From: Dendrobates tinctorius
Taxonomy: Eukaryota
Direction: 5' to 3'
Length of the DNA stretch: 64,000 nt
Assembly (NCBI RefSeq): GCF_039654945.1
Contig: NW_027361695.1
Span: 1,736,001-1,800,000, forward strand
The translations under genes and the position numbers were made by a program. Each line of letters starts with the position of its first letter. Position 1 is the first letter of the stretch. Of this stretch, positions 12,173 to 24,960 are shown piece by piece. The notes under the pieces are model-generated. The model ran no database searches. It had not been told where the DNA came from and saw only the letters and a program-made list of their open reading frames with translations.

Positions 12173-12660
12173 GTAAGGACCAAAGCGGGGGCTGGGCGCG
12201 GTCGATCGGGGGGCTGGGCTGGGCACGGGCGATCGGGGGGCTGGGCGTGGGCAATCGGTGGCTGGCTCTCGTTCAGACGTCGGTAATCTGTCTGCCGAGC
12301 GTTCATCCCTTTATTTTTATTTTTTTTAATAATGTGTGCAATTGTTTCTTTACAAATTTTGCACCGCTTGCACTTTGTTCCCCTGCACAGTCAGCTGATT
12401 CTTTCAGCTGCGAAGAGCTCAGAAAAAGACAGAACAGTCAACAAACTCCGTTCCAGACCGTCCTAGCGAGCTCGCTGACGTAGTTTCAGATGACTCCTTC
12501 TGTAGCCAGCAATAGACAGTGCCACCCAGCAGCTACAGAAGGCAAACGGCGCAACATTTGTACTGAAACCCAAGTGCAAAAAATGTTGTTGTTTTTTTAA
12601 AAAGTGACCAAGTTACATGTTTTAAGTAGAAAAGAAAAAAAAAAATTGTCCCTTTTTTAA

Positions 12661-12714
12661 AGAGAACCTGTCACCTGGTCCATGCTGCCCACACCGCAGG
12701 CCGACAGGTTCCCT
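12661..12714. mobile_element. 54-bp minimal TTAA-flanked MITE
   Basis: TTAA|AGAGAACCTGTC...GACAGGTTCCCT|TTAA. Confidence 0.75.
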
Positions 12715-12933
12715 TTAAACATCCATCTAATGCAATTTAATAGTGGTCTTTTCGCCCCTCTGCACGGGGCCGGCACAGAGTTACTGATAACTTTCTTTAT
12801 AATTCTTGTTTTTCTTTCTTCTAGAAATATTCGGTAACTCGGCTTTATCTGGTGTCACTGTGTATGGACGGGGCACACGATCGCCGTCGCCGGCCCAGGA
12901 GATGGTGTCTGACTTCTTCTCGTTTTCCACCAG

Positions 12934-13181
12934 ATCCTCACAGACTGGCAGGATAAGAAAGGAGACCGAAGGTTTCTGAAGCTTGGAAAGGAGCTTGAAC
13001 CCGGCACCCCCGTCAAACACAAACCCAAAAAGCCAAAGCTGGAAGGTAAAGGAAGTCACGCCTCCGGGACCGGCCCGGGAAGACCCAAATCCAGAAACTT
13101 ACAGACAAAAATCCAGGAGTACGAGTTCACAGACGATCCGGTGGATGTACCCAGAATACCCAAAAACGATGCCCCAAACAG
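12934..13181 (+). CDS. TADA3: TADA3 coding exon 2
   Basis: cag|ILTDWQDKKGDRRFLKLGKE...EYEFTDDPVDVPRIPKNDAPN-AG|gt. 248 bp. Confidence 0.97.
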
Positions 13182-13305
13182 GTAGTGAAAGACCCTGTGG
13201 GAAATCCCCTGAATTTTCTGGCTATGGCCATTTCTAACATAACATGAACCAGGAGGATCAGGATGGACAGGGGCATAGGTCTCATCGTGTCATGTTGTGT
13301 TTCAG

Positions 13306-13411
13306 ATTTTGGGCATCTGTTGAACCGTATTGTGCAGACATAACTGCAGAAGAGATCAAGGTCCTGGAGGATCTGCTGAAGACCCCTGAGGACGAGGCCG
13401 ACTACTACAAA
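13306..13411 (+). CDS. TADA3: TADA3 coding exon 3
   Basis: cag|A-FWASVEPYCADITAEEIKVLEDLLKTPEDEADYYK|gtatga. 106 bp. Confidence 0.97.
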
Positions 13412-14055
13412 GTATGATCACAGCTCCACGCTCCTCTGACATGGTCACACACAACAATGGTCACCTCCTGCCCTCCTCATTGCTAGAACTTTTATTTCTA
13501 CCCCCAACATCAATAATGCCGGGTGTCGGACCCCCACCAATCTGATACTGAAGACCTATTCTAAGGCTGGTTCATCAGCAAATGCCCGAACATCCCCCTA
13601 CATACAGAATAATATATGTAGACCACCCGACCCTGTAGACCCCTCATCCGTACAGACCCCAGACTTGTGTTAGATAGATATTATAAGTGGTCTGTATAAG
13701 TGAGGGGACTGCGATCTCATGATGTGCCCGTTCAGGTGCCATGGCGGCTGTAGACCTCCAGAGGGCGCCGTACTTGATATGTTGTGAATTATTGCAGGAA
13801 TTGATGCCATTTGTGATGCATGGAAGGCGACAGATGTGGCAGGTGTACTTGCTGCTGAATTTGGTGACCTCTGAGCGAGGGCACGGCTGGGTATTGACAT
13901 GTGGTGCAATGCGGCCACTACGACACAGGCCCCTGCCTCATGTCCTGTGTGTTCACTATAGCAGCTGTTATCATTGCTGGACCTGGTGTTGGGGGAGTAG
14001 GGGGGTAAATGAAGCCTCCTGTGTTGACCAGCATTATGTTGGCCACTGCTTTCAG

Positions 14056-14197
14056 ATTCCACCTCTCGGGAAACATTACTCCCAACGTTGGGCGCAAGAG
14101 GACTTGCAGGAGGAACAGAAAGATGGAGCCCGGGTCTCTATGGCAGGAGACAAGAAGAAAGGACCTCAAGGACCTCTAACTGAGCTGGACTCCAAAG
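14056..14197 (+). CDS. TADA3: TADA3 coding exon 4
   Basis: cag|IPPLGKHYSQRWAQEDLQEEQKDGARVSMAGDKKKGPQGPLTELDSK-G|gt. 142 bp. Confidence 0.97.
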
Positions 14198-14532
14198 GTA
14201 GTAGTCCCCTGAGCTGATGATCAAGCTCCATCCTCCCCAGACGCCATTTCTTCTCTGGTCATCCAGCTCTGATCCTAACCACTTCTACTTCTGATTACCG
14301 AGTGCAGGAAGCGGCTTTGCTGCAGCTGCCATTTTTGTTTTGTTTTGGGTTTTTTTGCTACCTTTGTCACAGGGTCGCCCATACCATCTCCTGTTAATGC
14401 CATTTTTGCTCTTCTCGCTGTCCACATGTAATACTACATTTTCCCTGTAGTGGGCGCTGCAGGTAAATGGACTCCTGACTGCATAGTCCAACACTTTTTT
14501 TCCATGTAACTTTCTGTCTTTGCTATTTCTAG

Positions 14533-14636
14533 ATGTGGACTCCATGCTGAAAAAGTCAGAATTTCAGCATGACCAGCCTGAGGATGGCTGCCCGTTCGGG
14601 CACCTGACGCAGCGCCTCCTGCAGGCTCTCGTTGAG
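14533..14636 (+). CDS. TADA3: TADA3 coding exon 5
   Basis: tag|AT-VDSMLKKSEFQHDQPEDGCPFGHLTQRLLQALVE|gtaa. 104 bp. Confidence 0.97.
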
Positions 14637-14744
14637 GTAATTGACTTTTGTACTTACTAGAAATCTAGGACAGAATTTGGCACATTTTAAGGGGTGGCAA
14701 TTCATCAGGTGGACGGCTGCATCTCCTACCAGAATAAAGGATCA

Positions 14745-15990
14745 GACACTTGTATGGCTGGCTGATCGATCCCCGACACTTGTATGGCTGGCTGATCGAT
14801 CCCCGACACTTGTATGGCTGGCTGATCGATCCCCGACACTTGTATGGCTGGCTGATCGATCCCCGACACTTGTATGGCTGGCTGATCGATGCCCGACACT
14901 TGTATGGCTGGCTGATCGATGCCCGACACTTGTATGGCTGGCTGATCGATCCCCACACTCATAGCTGGCTGGCTAATCGACCCCCTACACTCGTGTGGCT
15001 GGCTGATCCCCGACACTCGTATGGCTGGCTGATCGATCCCCACACTCGTATGGCTGGCTGATCGATCCCCACACTCGTATGGCTGGCTGATCGATCCCCA
15101 CACTCGTATGGCTGGCTGATCGATCCCCACACTCGTATGGCTGGCTGATCGATCCCCACACTCGTATGGCTGGCTGATCGATCCCCACACTCGTATGGCT
15201 GGCTGATCGATCCCCACACTCGTATGGCTGGCTGATCGATCCCCACACTCGTATGGCTGGCTGATCGATCCCCACACTCGTATGGCTGGCTGATCGATCC
15301 CCACACTCGTATGGCTGGCTGATCGATCCCCACACTCGTATGGCTGGCTAATCGACCCCCTACACTCGTGTGGCTGGCTGATCCCCGACACTCGTGTGGC
15401 TGGCTGATTGATCCTCAACACTCGTCTGGCTGGCTGGCTGATTGATCCTCAACACTCGTGTGGCTGGCTGGCTGGCTGATTGATCCCCAACACTAGTATG
15501 GCTGGCCGGCTGATCCCCCGACACTCGTGTGGCTGGCCGGCTGATCCCCCGACACTCGTGTGGCTGGCCGGCTGATCCCCCGACTCTCGTGTGGCTGGCC
15601 GGCTGATCCCCCGACACTCGTGTGGCTGGCCGGCTGATCCCCCGACTCTCGTGTGGCTGGCCGGCTGATCCCCCGACTCTCGTGTGGCTGGCCGGCTGAT
15701 CCCCCGACTCTCGTCTGGCTGGCTGGCTGATCCCCCGACTCTCGTCTGGCTGGCCGGCTGATCCCCCGACTCTCGTCTGGCTGGCCGGCTGATCCCCCGA
15801 CTCTCGTCTGGCTGGCCGGCTGATCCCCCGACTCTCGTCTGGCTGGCCGGCTGATCGATACCAGACACTCGTCTGGCTGGCCGGCTGATCGATACCAGAC
15901 ACTCGTCTGGCTGGCCGGCTGATCCCCCGACTCTCGTCTGGCTGGCCGGCTGATCGATACCAGACACTCGTCTGGCTGGCCAGCTGATCC
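14745..15990. repeat. 29-31-bp minisatellite in a TADA3 intron
   Basis: Core ACACTCGTATGGCTGGCTGATCGATCCCC, in consecutive blocks of 30-, 29- and 31-bp variants. Confidence 0.97.
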
Positions 15991-16110
15991 TGCTATAGTG
16001 GTGGGTTCATCAGAAGTCGTTGATAGTGTGTATGATCACCTTTACCCTGCGGTATCGCGCGATGGTTAGATGTCGTCTTTATATATTATTGCTCTGTGTC
16101 TGGGCTACAG

Positions 16111-16220
16111 GAAAACATAATTTCCCCCATTGAGGACTCCCCAATTCCTGAGATATCCGGGAAGGAGTCGGGAACTGATGGAGCCAGCACGTCTCCTAGA
16201 AGTCAGATGAAGCCGTTCAG
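16111..16220 (+). CDS. TADA3: TADA3 coding exon 6
   Basis: cag|ENIISPIEDSPIPEISGKESGTDGASTSPRSQMKPF-AG|gtacg. 110 bp. Confidence 0.97.
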
Positions 16221-16297
16221 GTACGTGCCGCAGGCCTCTCTTCAGTGCCTTGTACTAATTTATGGTAGTAAATGGTCTTGGGTAATGTTTCTTTCAG

Positions 16298-16483
16298 TGC
16301 CCCCCACACAAAGTCGTTGGAGGTCCGTATTAAGGAAGAGCTGATAGCGCAGGGTCTGCTGGAGTCGGAGGACCGGCCGGCGGAGGACTCTGAAGATGAG
16401 GTCTTGGCCGAGCTCCGCAAGAGACAGGCCGAGCTGAAGGCTCTCAGCGCTCACAACCGGGCCAAGAAACAAGAACTGCTCAG
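16298..16483 (+). CDS. TADA3: TADA3 coding exon 7
   Basis: cag|T-APHTKSLEVRIKEELIAQGLLESEDRPAEDSEDEVLAELRKRQAELKALSAHNRAKKQELL-AG|gtga. 186 bp. Confidence 0.97.
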
Positions 16484-17393
16484 GTGATGGATTAAAAGTC
16501 TGTTAGTCCGGCACCTCGCGGTCCCTCGTCTCTTGCGAGATTATCGGACAAGTCCTCCAGACTATAGTTTCTTGGTATGCGGCTTTCACGGGTGGAGCCT
16601 GCTAAGAAGGGGTTAAGTGTACACGTCAGCCTGACACTTAAAGGCAACCTGTCATCTGATTATGCAGAATGAACCGGAGTCTGGCGGCATTACTTCAGCC
16701 GTGTATGGTTAATTCTGAATCGCTGCAGCATTTTTCTTTGGAAAGCTGGTTGGGGACTGCGTGTCTCGTATGACTAGTCCAATAGGCGGGTCCCAGCAGC
16801 TTCTCCCCACCCAGGAACCTTTGACTGACAGGTGTCTCCCTATGTGTGAACTGTCGCTGTTCGGCTTTTCAAAGTATATTTGGATGCAGTGACACCTGAT
16901 GCATCGGGGGGCAGTGATATGACTACTAGGGACCTTAAAGGGGCTGCTTTTTGGGAAAATAAAAGGATTATGGGGACACAGTCTACGACTCCATTACTGG
17001 AGGGAATGCTTTCAGTAGTGGGGGATTCTGTGGGTACGGAGGAGGGGCTGCTGCTCTGCGTACTAGGTAGGCAGGAGGGTCTGTCCATTGTGTCTATGGG
17101 GGGCAGAATTTGCTGTTTCTGTTATAGTGGCACTATTGTGATGTGAGATTGAGGGGCACACTGTGATTAGGGGCAGCAGCTGCTGTGACTTCTAGGGATC
17201 GGAGAGCGGCTGTCCATAATTTTATGCTAGGGTAATACATGGTATAAGTAGAGTATTTAAGGGGGGGTCCTTGCTGGGACTACTGAAGGGAGAATGGGGG
17301 GCACCATCTGTTACTTGGCTGTCAGCAGAGTCTCGCTCTCTCTGCACCTTACATGAACTGCAATAATCCTAATCCCATTATTTCTCCCTTCAG

Positions 17394-17586
17394 ATTAGCA
17401 AAAGAAGAAATGAACAAACAGGAGCTGCGGCACAGGGTACGCATGGCCGACAACGAGGTCATGGACGCTTTCCGAAAAATCATGGCCGCACGGCAGAAAA
17501 AAAGGACGCCGACTAAAAAGGAGAAGGACCAGGCTTGGAAGGCTCTGAAGGAGCGGGAAAGCATATTAAAACTGCTGGACGGGTGA
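17394..17586 (+). CDS. TADA3: TADA3 last coding exon
   Basis: cag|A-LAKEEMNKQELRHRVRMADNEVMDAFRKIMAARQKKRTPTKKEKDQAWKALKERESILKLLDG*. The eight exons sum to 1296 nt, giving 431 aa plus stop. Confidence 0.98.
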
Positions 17587-17842
17587 CCGGAGCCACCCCG
17601 GAGGACGCTACGTGTACTTGAAGGATCGGACGCGCCGCCATTGTGGAAGTAACTGTTTGTCACTACTTCTTGTTTTTTCTTTATTCAGAAGGAGGAACTT
17701 TTTTACAAGTGTTTTGTTGTAATTTTTTTTTTGTGTGTGTTATTTTATTGTGCTGATGTTCGTTTGTCCATTTGTTCGTTTGTTTTTTTTTTAATTTTAA
17801 TAATGTCCCGCATCTGAGAATATTTTCAAAGGATATTGATAA

Positions 17843-17848
17843 AATAAA
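17843..17848 (+). terminator. Candidate TADA3 polyadenylation signal
   Basis: AATAAA about 260 nt after the stop, preceded by a U-rich 3' UTR. Confidence 0.55.
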
Positions 17849-19415
17849 ATGATTTATGGCAGATAAGGGGTTTGTCTGATGGACGCACGATCCACTTTAA
17901 AGTACCTGGACTTTTAGGTTAAAAATTAATAATAATGAATGATCTAAGGCTATGTGCACACGATCAGTATTTGCAGCAGAAAAAAAGACTTTTTGAGAAA
18001 CATTTACTCTTGGCGACTCTTAAAAGTCCTTTTACGCTGGCACGGATCATGCTGACAATATGGTGGCACTGTTCAGTCTACATGCAGTTTGCATTTTGTT
18101 GGTATTTACACATTATATTTTCCGTTGGTCGGGGTAGGTGCCCACTGTCGGGTGCGTGTACTCAGGAGGTACGTGCCCAACAGTGGCCAGGGTCGGCATG
18201 GATGTCCCGGCATCCATCCTACATAAGGACCTTTTTTTTCTTTAACACTTTCCCAGCTGAGTCGTCTTCGTCTTATACAGTATATGTGGCCTCCCCTGTG
18301 ATTTATAGAGGTCAGTCATAAAGGGGTTGTCCACTACACATAGGTCGGTGATAGTCTGACATCCTCATCAATGATCTGTCATTACCTCTGATGACAGGTG
18401 ATCAGATCCTATAGAGTAGGAGTTGATTTGTGGCCGATGCATGTTTGTACAGAGATGTGAGGCACCGGGGCTTCATATACTGTATTCACCTGGGTGCCGA
18501 TGACTGGCAGAGTTGTCAGGTGCCTTATTCCCCCCCCCCCTACTGATGTGAGGATGGGTCATCAATATAAAAGTAACAGCCCCCCCTTTTGTTTTATACT
18601 TTACATTTTTCAAGACCTCTGCTTGCTGTTATACATTAGGAAGCCTCATTTGTTTGTTTTTCTGATGGACAGATGTCTGTCCATGTCATACTGTGACAAG
18701 CCGCGCTCCAGTACGTGGTCAGGCCAGAACGACTCCTGACGACGCTGAGCCTCCCGCAATGTACGGCGTGGATCACTTGGGTGATGTTGCAGACTCTGAT
18801 CCAGGACCTCTCCGCCGTCCCTTTATGCGCGGAGTACATAGTGACACGCTAGTCCGTCTGCCGCTGTTTTTTATACATACCGCCATCTGGGCACCCCCCC
18901 CCCGTATGTACATACAGCTTTATTGTAATTCTACCTATGGATTGTCTCATTGTTTATCTGTGCAGGAGGTAAATACAGTATATAGTTAAGGCGGGGGCTG
19001 CGGTGCAGAGAGTGGGGGGTCTACGGGGGACACCACACTGATTATCACATTTTGCACGCACGTCACGCCATCGCTTGTCTTATGATATAGGTGAATGGGA
19101 CAGGTCTGTGCAGAATAGAGAGGCAGTCTAATGTACAGCAGCAGAACAGCTGTGACCGTGTGTCAAACAGGTTTAGGTGAAGGGGATATGCACTTTTGTA
19201 ATGTACTTGAAGGAAAAATGATGACTTGACCTTGCTACCGTTTTCTGTATGCAGCTCCTCTGCAGAGAGAAGTGTCTCCATGATTACGTACTACGATGAA
19301 ATAATATGAACCCGCAGTGTGAATGTATATAATACACACCAGAGGAGGCTGGAGACCATTTATAATCATATTCTACTTCGGCGTCAGACTACATATAACT
19401 TTGTCTCCCAGAATC

Positions 19416-19432
19416 TGCCACCAGGTGGCGCA
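19416..19432 (+). promoter_or_regulatory. CTCF consensus site downstream of TADA3
   Basis: TGCCACCAGGTGGCGCA matches the CTCF core motif. Binding is not shown. Confidence 0.5.
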
Positions 19433-20787
19433 CTCACTTCACTATTGTGTAGATCGCACTTTTAGTCTTTTTCGGATGTCCTTGTGTAAATAACCCACAT
19501 GCTCTAGAGCAGGATAAGATCCAGCAACAGCAGCTCGCTGACTGCTTCAGGGTGTCCAAAACAAACCGGAAATAAGAAGTTAATGGAAATCTGATTATTA
19601 TAAGCACAGGTGGAGCTTTACTATAGTGCTATAATGTCCATTGTGCCATGCCAGCGGCGGGGTCGAGGTTTCAGAAGTGGAATATTATATGTTCACAAGG
19701 TGCCGGGGGTCTCTGTGTAGGAGAGCAGAGAGTATTCCTGAGTCTGGAGGATCCGACACGTCCATTCTTCATTTCTCCTCCGGAGGCGCTGCAGGAAAAC
19801 TGAGCAATTGCGATGAGTTCCAGCAGCAGAAAATTCTGTATTCAGAGCTGGGCGAAACAACAGGACCCTGGTCCAGCGGCCACTTCGGTTGTCCATGGAG
19901 AGACCTACAAACCTCCTACCTGCCGTCATCCTCTTCCGATTAGTAGATCCGGCTCGATGAAGTCATGACCTTATACCAGGCGGCTAATTAGAAGAGGTAG
20001 CATCATAAGCCATGAACTGGCTCAGCGGAGGACCTCCTTTAAGACACCTTCACAGTGATTTGCTGCTTTATGCAGCACCCCTACATTTATTTGCGTTTGT
20101 AAAGGATCGGGCATGCTGAAATTCAACATGTCTGATCCTTCAGTATCCGGAATGATCGGCGAGGACGATCCTTTAGCTTTTGTTGACAGCAGTGAACCAA
20201 CGATCTTTAGGAAAATGTCCCTTTTTGCCGTCCTGTATCATCGTGCGATCAGCCTGATCATTGATCATGGGATGGCAGGAAGGGGTCATGCACACGTCTG
20301 CTGCGCTGGGTACTAGCGACACTGTGCATGTTCCTGCGCGCGGGCAGCTGGCGCCAGGTGTGACTGCGGGACGGCTCCGCAGATGGCGTGCGGCGGCTCC
20401 ACACATTAGAAAGTCGTTCTGAGTTTAGCATGCCCATAGGCCACATAAAGGCGCTCGCTCCCCGCCGGGCCGTAATGCCCAACTCCATAAATATCCTGTA
20501 TGCCGACGGAGAAAACGGCAATTATAATGGAATAATAGCCGGCGATACGTACGGCGGCCGGGGACAATGACGAATCGCGCCGATTCTTCTGTACCTTCAT
20601 GTCTGACACGGAGAGAAGCAGGAGATTAGTCAGATGTAACGGGCGGGCACGGAGCTGTGCGGACCCCCGACACTGGGACGTTATAGGGAAGGGGCAGGAA
20701 GGAGAAATGCTTAAATTCTACAAGAATAATATCCTCATCCGCAATCTGAACATGGAATATATCTGCCTGAAATCACAATGACTGCTA

Positions 20788-23600
20788 TGAGGGCACTGTG
20801 ATACTGATATGGAGGCACTGTCATACTGATATGGGGGCACTGTGATACTGATATGGGGGCACTGTCATACTGATATGGGGGCACTGTGATACTGATATGG
20901 GGGCACTGTCATACTGATATGGGGGCACTGTGATACTGATATGGAGGCACTGTCATACTGATATGGGGGCACTGTGATACTGATATGGGGGCACTGTGAC
21001 TAATGCTGCTATGAGGGCACTGTGATACTGATATGGGGGCACTGTCATACTGATATGGGGCACTGTGATACTGATATGGGGGCACTGTGACTAATGCTGC
21101 TATGAGGGCACTGTGATACTGATATGGGGGCACTGTCATACTGATATGGGGCACTGTGATACTGATATGGGGGCACTGTGACTAATGCTGCTATGAGGGC
21201 ACTGTGATACTGATATGGGGGCACTGTCATACTGATATGGGGGCACTGTGATACTGATATGGAGGCACTGTCATACTGATATGGGGGCACTGTGATACTG
21301 ATATGGAGGCACTGTCATACTGATATGGGGGCACTGTGATACTGATATGGGGGCACTGTCATACTGATATGGGGGCACTGTGATACTGATATGGAGGCAC
21401 TGTCATACTGATATGGGGGCACTGTGATACTGATATGGGGGCACTGTGACTAATGCTGCTATGAGGGCACTGTGATACTGATATGGGGGCACTGTCATAC
21501 TGATATGGGGCACTGTGATACTGATATGGGGGCACTGTGACTAATGCTGCTATGAGGGCACTGTGATACTGATATGGGGGCACTGTCATACTGATATGGG
21601 GCACTGTGATACTGATATGGGGGCACTGTGACTAATGCTGCTATGAGGGCACTGTGATACTGATATGGGGCACTGTCATACTGATATGGGGCACTGTGAT
21701 ACTGATATGGGGGCACTGTCATACTGATATGGGGGCACTGTGATACTGATATGGGGGCACTGTGACTAATGCTGCTATGAGGGCACTGTGATACTGATAT
21801 GGGGCACTGTCATACTGATATGGGACACTGTGATACTGATATGGGGGCACTGTGACTAATGCTGCTATGAGGGCACTGTGATACTGATATGGAGGCACTG
21901 TCATACTGATATGGGGGCACTGTGATACTGATATGGGGGCACTGTCATACTGATATGGAGGCACTGTCATACTGATATGGGGGCACTGTGATACTGATAT
22001 GGGGGCACTGTGACTAATGCTGCTATGAGGGCACTGTGATACTGATATGGGGCACTGTCATACTGATATGGGGGCACTGTGAGTAATGCTGATATGGGGC
22101 ACTGTGATACTGATATGGGGGCACTATGACATGCTGATATGGGGCACTGTGACTAATGCTTATATGGGGCACTGATACTGATATGGGGGCACTGGGGCTG
22201 GTACTGACATGGAGGTATCATGGCTTTGCACTGATTTTGGGGGTATTGTATCCTGTGCTATTATGAAGGTTCTGTGGTTTTGTACCATTATGGGGCACTT
22301 TGATACTGATATGGGGGCACTGGGTAATGCTGATATGGGGCGCTGTGATGTTGATATGGGGGCACTGTGATACTGATATGGGGGCACTGTGATGCTGATA
22401 TGGGGCACTGTGATACTGATATGGGGGCACTGTGACTAATGCTGTTATGGGGCACTGTGATACTGATATGGGGGCACTGGGTAATGCTGATATGGGGCGC
22501 TGTGATGTTGATATGGGGGCACTGTGATACTGATATGGGGGCACTGTGACTAATGCTGATATGGGGCACTGTGATACTGATATGGGGGCACTGTGACTAA
22601 TGCTGATATGGGGCACTGTGATACTGATATGGGGGCACTGATACTGATATGGGGGCACTGGGGCTGGTACTGACATGGAGGTATCATGGCTTTGCACTGA
22701 TTTTGGGGGTATTGTATCCTGTGCTATTATGAAGGTTCTGTGGTTTTGTACCATTATGGGGCACTGTGATACTGATATGGGGGCACTGGGTAATGCTGAT
22801 ATGGGGCACTGTGATGTTGATATGGGGCACTGTGACTAATGCTTATATGGGGCACTGATACTGATATGGGGGCACTGGGGCTCGTACTGACATGGAGGTA
22901 TCATGGCTTTGCACTGATTTTGGGGGTATTGTATCCTGTGCTATTATGAAGGTCCTGTGGTTTTGTACCATTATGGGGCACTGTGATACTGATATGGGGG
23001 CACTGGATAATGCTGATATGGGGCGCTGTGATGTTGATATGGGGGCACTGTGATACTGATATGGGGGCACTGTGATGCTGATATGGGGGCACTGTGATGC
23101 TGATATGGGGCACTGTGATACTGATATGGGGGCACTGTGACTAATGCTGATATGGGGCACTGTGATACTGATATGGGGGCACTGTGATGTTGATATGGGG
23201 GCACTGTGATACTGATATGGGGGCACTGTGATGCTGATATGGGGCACTGTGATACTGATATGGGAGCACTGTGACTAATGCTGATATGGGGCACTGTGAT
23301 ACTGATATGGGGGCACTGTGACTAATGCTGATATGGGGCACTGTGATACTGATATGGGGGCACTGGGTGATGCTGATATGGGGCACTGTGATGTTGATAT
23401 GGGGGCACTGTCATACTGATATGGGGGCACTGTGAGTAATGCTGATATGGGGCACTGTGATACTGATATGGGGGCACTGGGGCTGGTACGGACATGGAGG
23501 TATGGCTTTGCACTGATTTTGGGGGTATTGTATCCTGTGCTCTTAGGAAGGTCCTGTGGTTTTGTACCATTATGGGGCACTGTGACTTGTACTTCTATGG
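20788..23600. repeat. ~22-bp minisatellite with higher-order structure
   Basis: Unit ACTGTGATACTGATATGGGGGC. Contains a 450-bp higher-order duplication and four copies of a ~110-bp cassette. A degenerate tail runs to ~23920. Confidence 0.97.
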
Positions 23601-24570
23601 GAGAACTGTGACTGGTGCTAACTTGGAGGCGCTGTAGTTTTGCACTGTTATGGGGTACTGTGTCTGACAGTGATATGGGGGTGCCATGGCTGATGCTGAC
23701 TTGGAGCCCCTGTGATTTTACATCCATAAGTTGGGCATTAATTCGATGTCACTGAGGTTTACGCTGTTATGGAGACTCGCTGGTCAGTGCTAATATGGGG
23801 GCACTGTGGTTTTACACCTATAGGGAAAAATTCTGCTTGGCGCTGATATGGGGGCACCGAGGTCCGCCCTGATATAAAGGTATTGTGACGGATACTGGTA
23901 TGGGGGCACTGTGATTCTGCACTTATGCTGGGCCTATCGGGGGGAGTTTTGGGGGTCCCTATACACATAAGATATTGGTGGGTGCAGCTGACTCTGATCC
24001 TCTGTGTCTGGAGCCCATGGTAGACTAATGACTTTCCTCTGCACCCGCAGGACCTCCCATACTCCATTTTTGCGCCCCCTCTCTCCTTCCATCGCCTGCT
24101 CCCCCCGTTATCACATCCCGCTGAGCTTCAGAACGACGGTAAACGCGGAACGTGACAGAAGAACAGAAGCCGGACATTTCTGCCTCTCCCTGATACATTT
24201 ATCACCATATTGTTTGCTGGATAATGAGCGGCAGAGCGCGCGTCGCTGCCAGCGCCATGATAAATAATTCCTCTTTCAGGGACCGGCTCCTTCTGTTGTG
24301 CTGCAGGCGCTGATATATAAATGTATTATTAAATCCGGCCAAGGGTCAGGAGAGGAGGGTCTTCCAGTAACCAGAGGGGAAGGAGGAGGCGGTGGTGACG
24401 GGGGATTATAGAGCAAAACTGCTTCTTTTTTACCCACGCTGCTCCATCGCCAGGCACAGAGCTGCAGCCGGCCCTGGCTTGGCACGGTGGCATTGTGGCG
24501 GGCCGGATGGAAACGAGCTGCCTGTAATCGCCACAATCTGAAGTCTAATTGTATCTGTCCCCTGTGGGGT

Positions 24571-24960
24571 CTTCAAATTTTGGAATAAATTCATGGACTT
24601 CAGTGCGCTGCTAGACAAATTCATATATCAGATATATGTCATCCCCTGAGGAAGAAGTGGTATACACTTTGAAACGCGTTGGGAAATAAACAGTTAATCT
24701 TTCTCATAACCTGGATTAGTGAATTTGTCTAGCAGCGCACTGAAGTCCATGAATTTATTCCAAAATTTGAAGCTTTAAGCGGTCACAGAGCTGACCCTTG
24801 GACGTGCAGCAAGCAGACTACTGATCCTATATGCCTGAACCTCTCCTGAAAAGGGTGAGTACATTCTAAATCATTCTTTTAATAATAACCCGGATAAGAC
24901 CCTATTGCGCTTTTTTGTTCCTTAGTTTGATTGCCCTGTGGGGTCTGTAACGTGTATTGT
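24571..24960 (+). mobile_element. Probable Penelope-like/retrozyme-type terminal repeat fragment
   Basis: 53-bp perfect inverted repeat (24571-24623 / 24720-24772) encloses a hammerhead core and AATAAA. A GTGAGT donor follows at 24855. The right boundary is approximate. Confidence 0.5.
24642..24684 (+). ncRNA. Minimal type-I hammerhead ribozyme motif
   Basis: UCCC-CUGAGGA-A-GAAGUG(GUAUA)CACUUU-GAAACGCGUU-GGGA. Stem I is UCCC/GGGA, stem II is 6 bp, and stem III is the palindrome ACGCGU. Predicted cleavage is after GUU. Confidence 0.75.

Noticed and set aside
19641-19980. Unique sequence with ORFs on both strands after TADA3
   Set aside because: No recognisable protein in the frames I read and no convincing pair of splice sites.
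24433-24521. Possible minus-strand exon (cag|GCAGC...GTGG|gtaaaa)
   Set aside because: Weak polypyrimidine tract, unrecognised translation and no partner exons.
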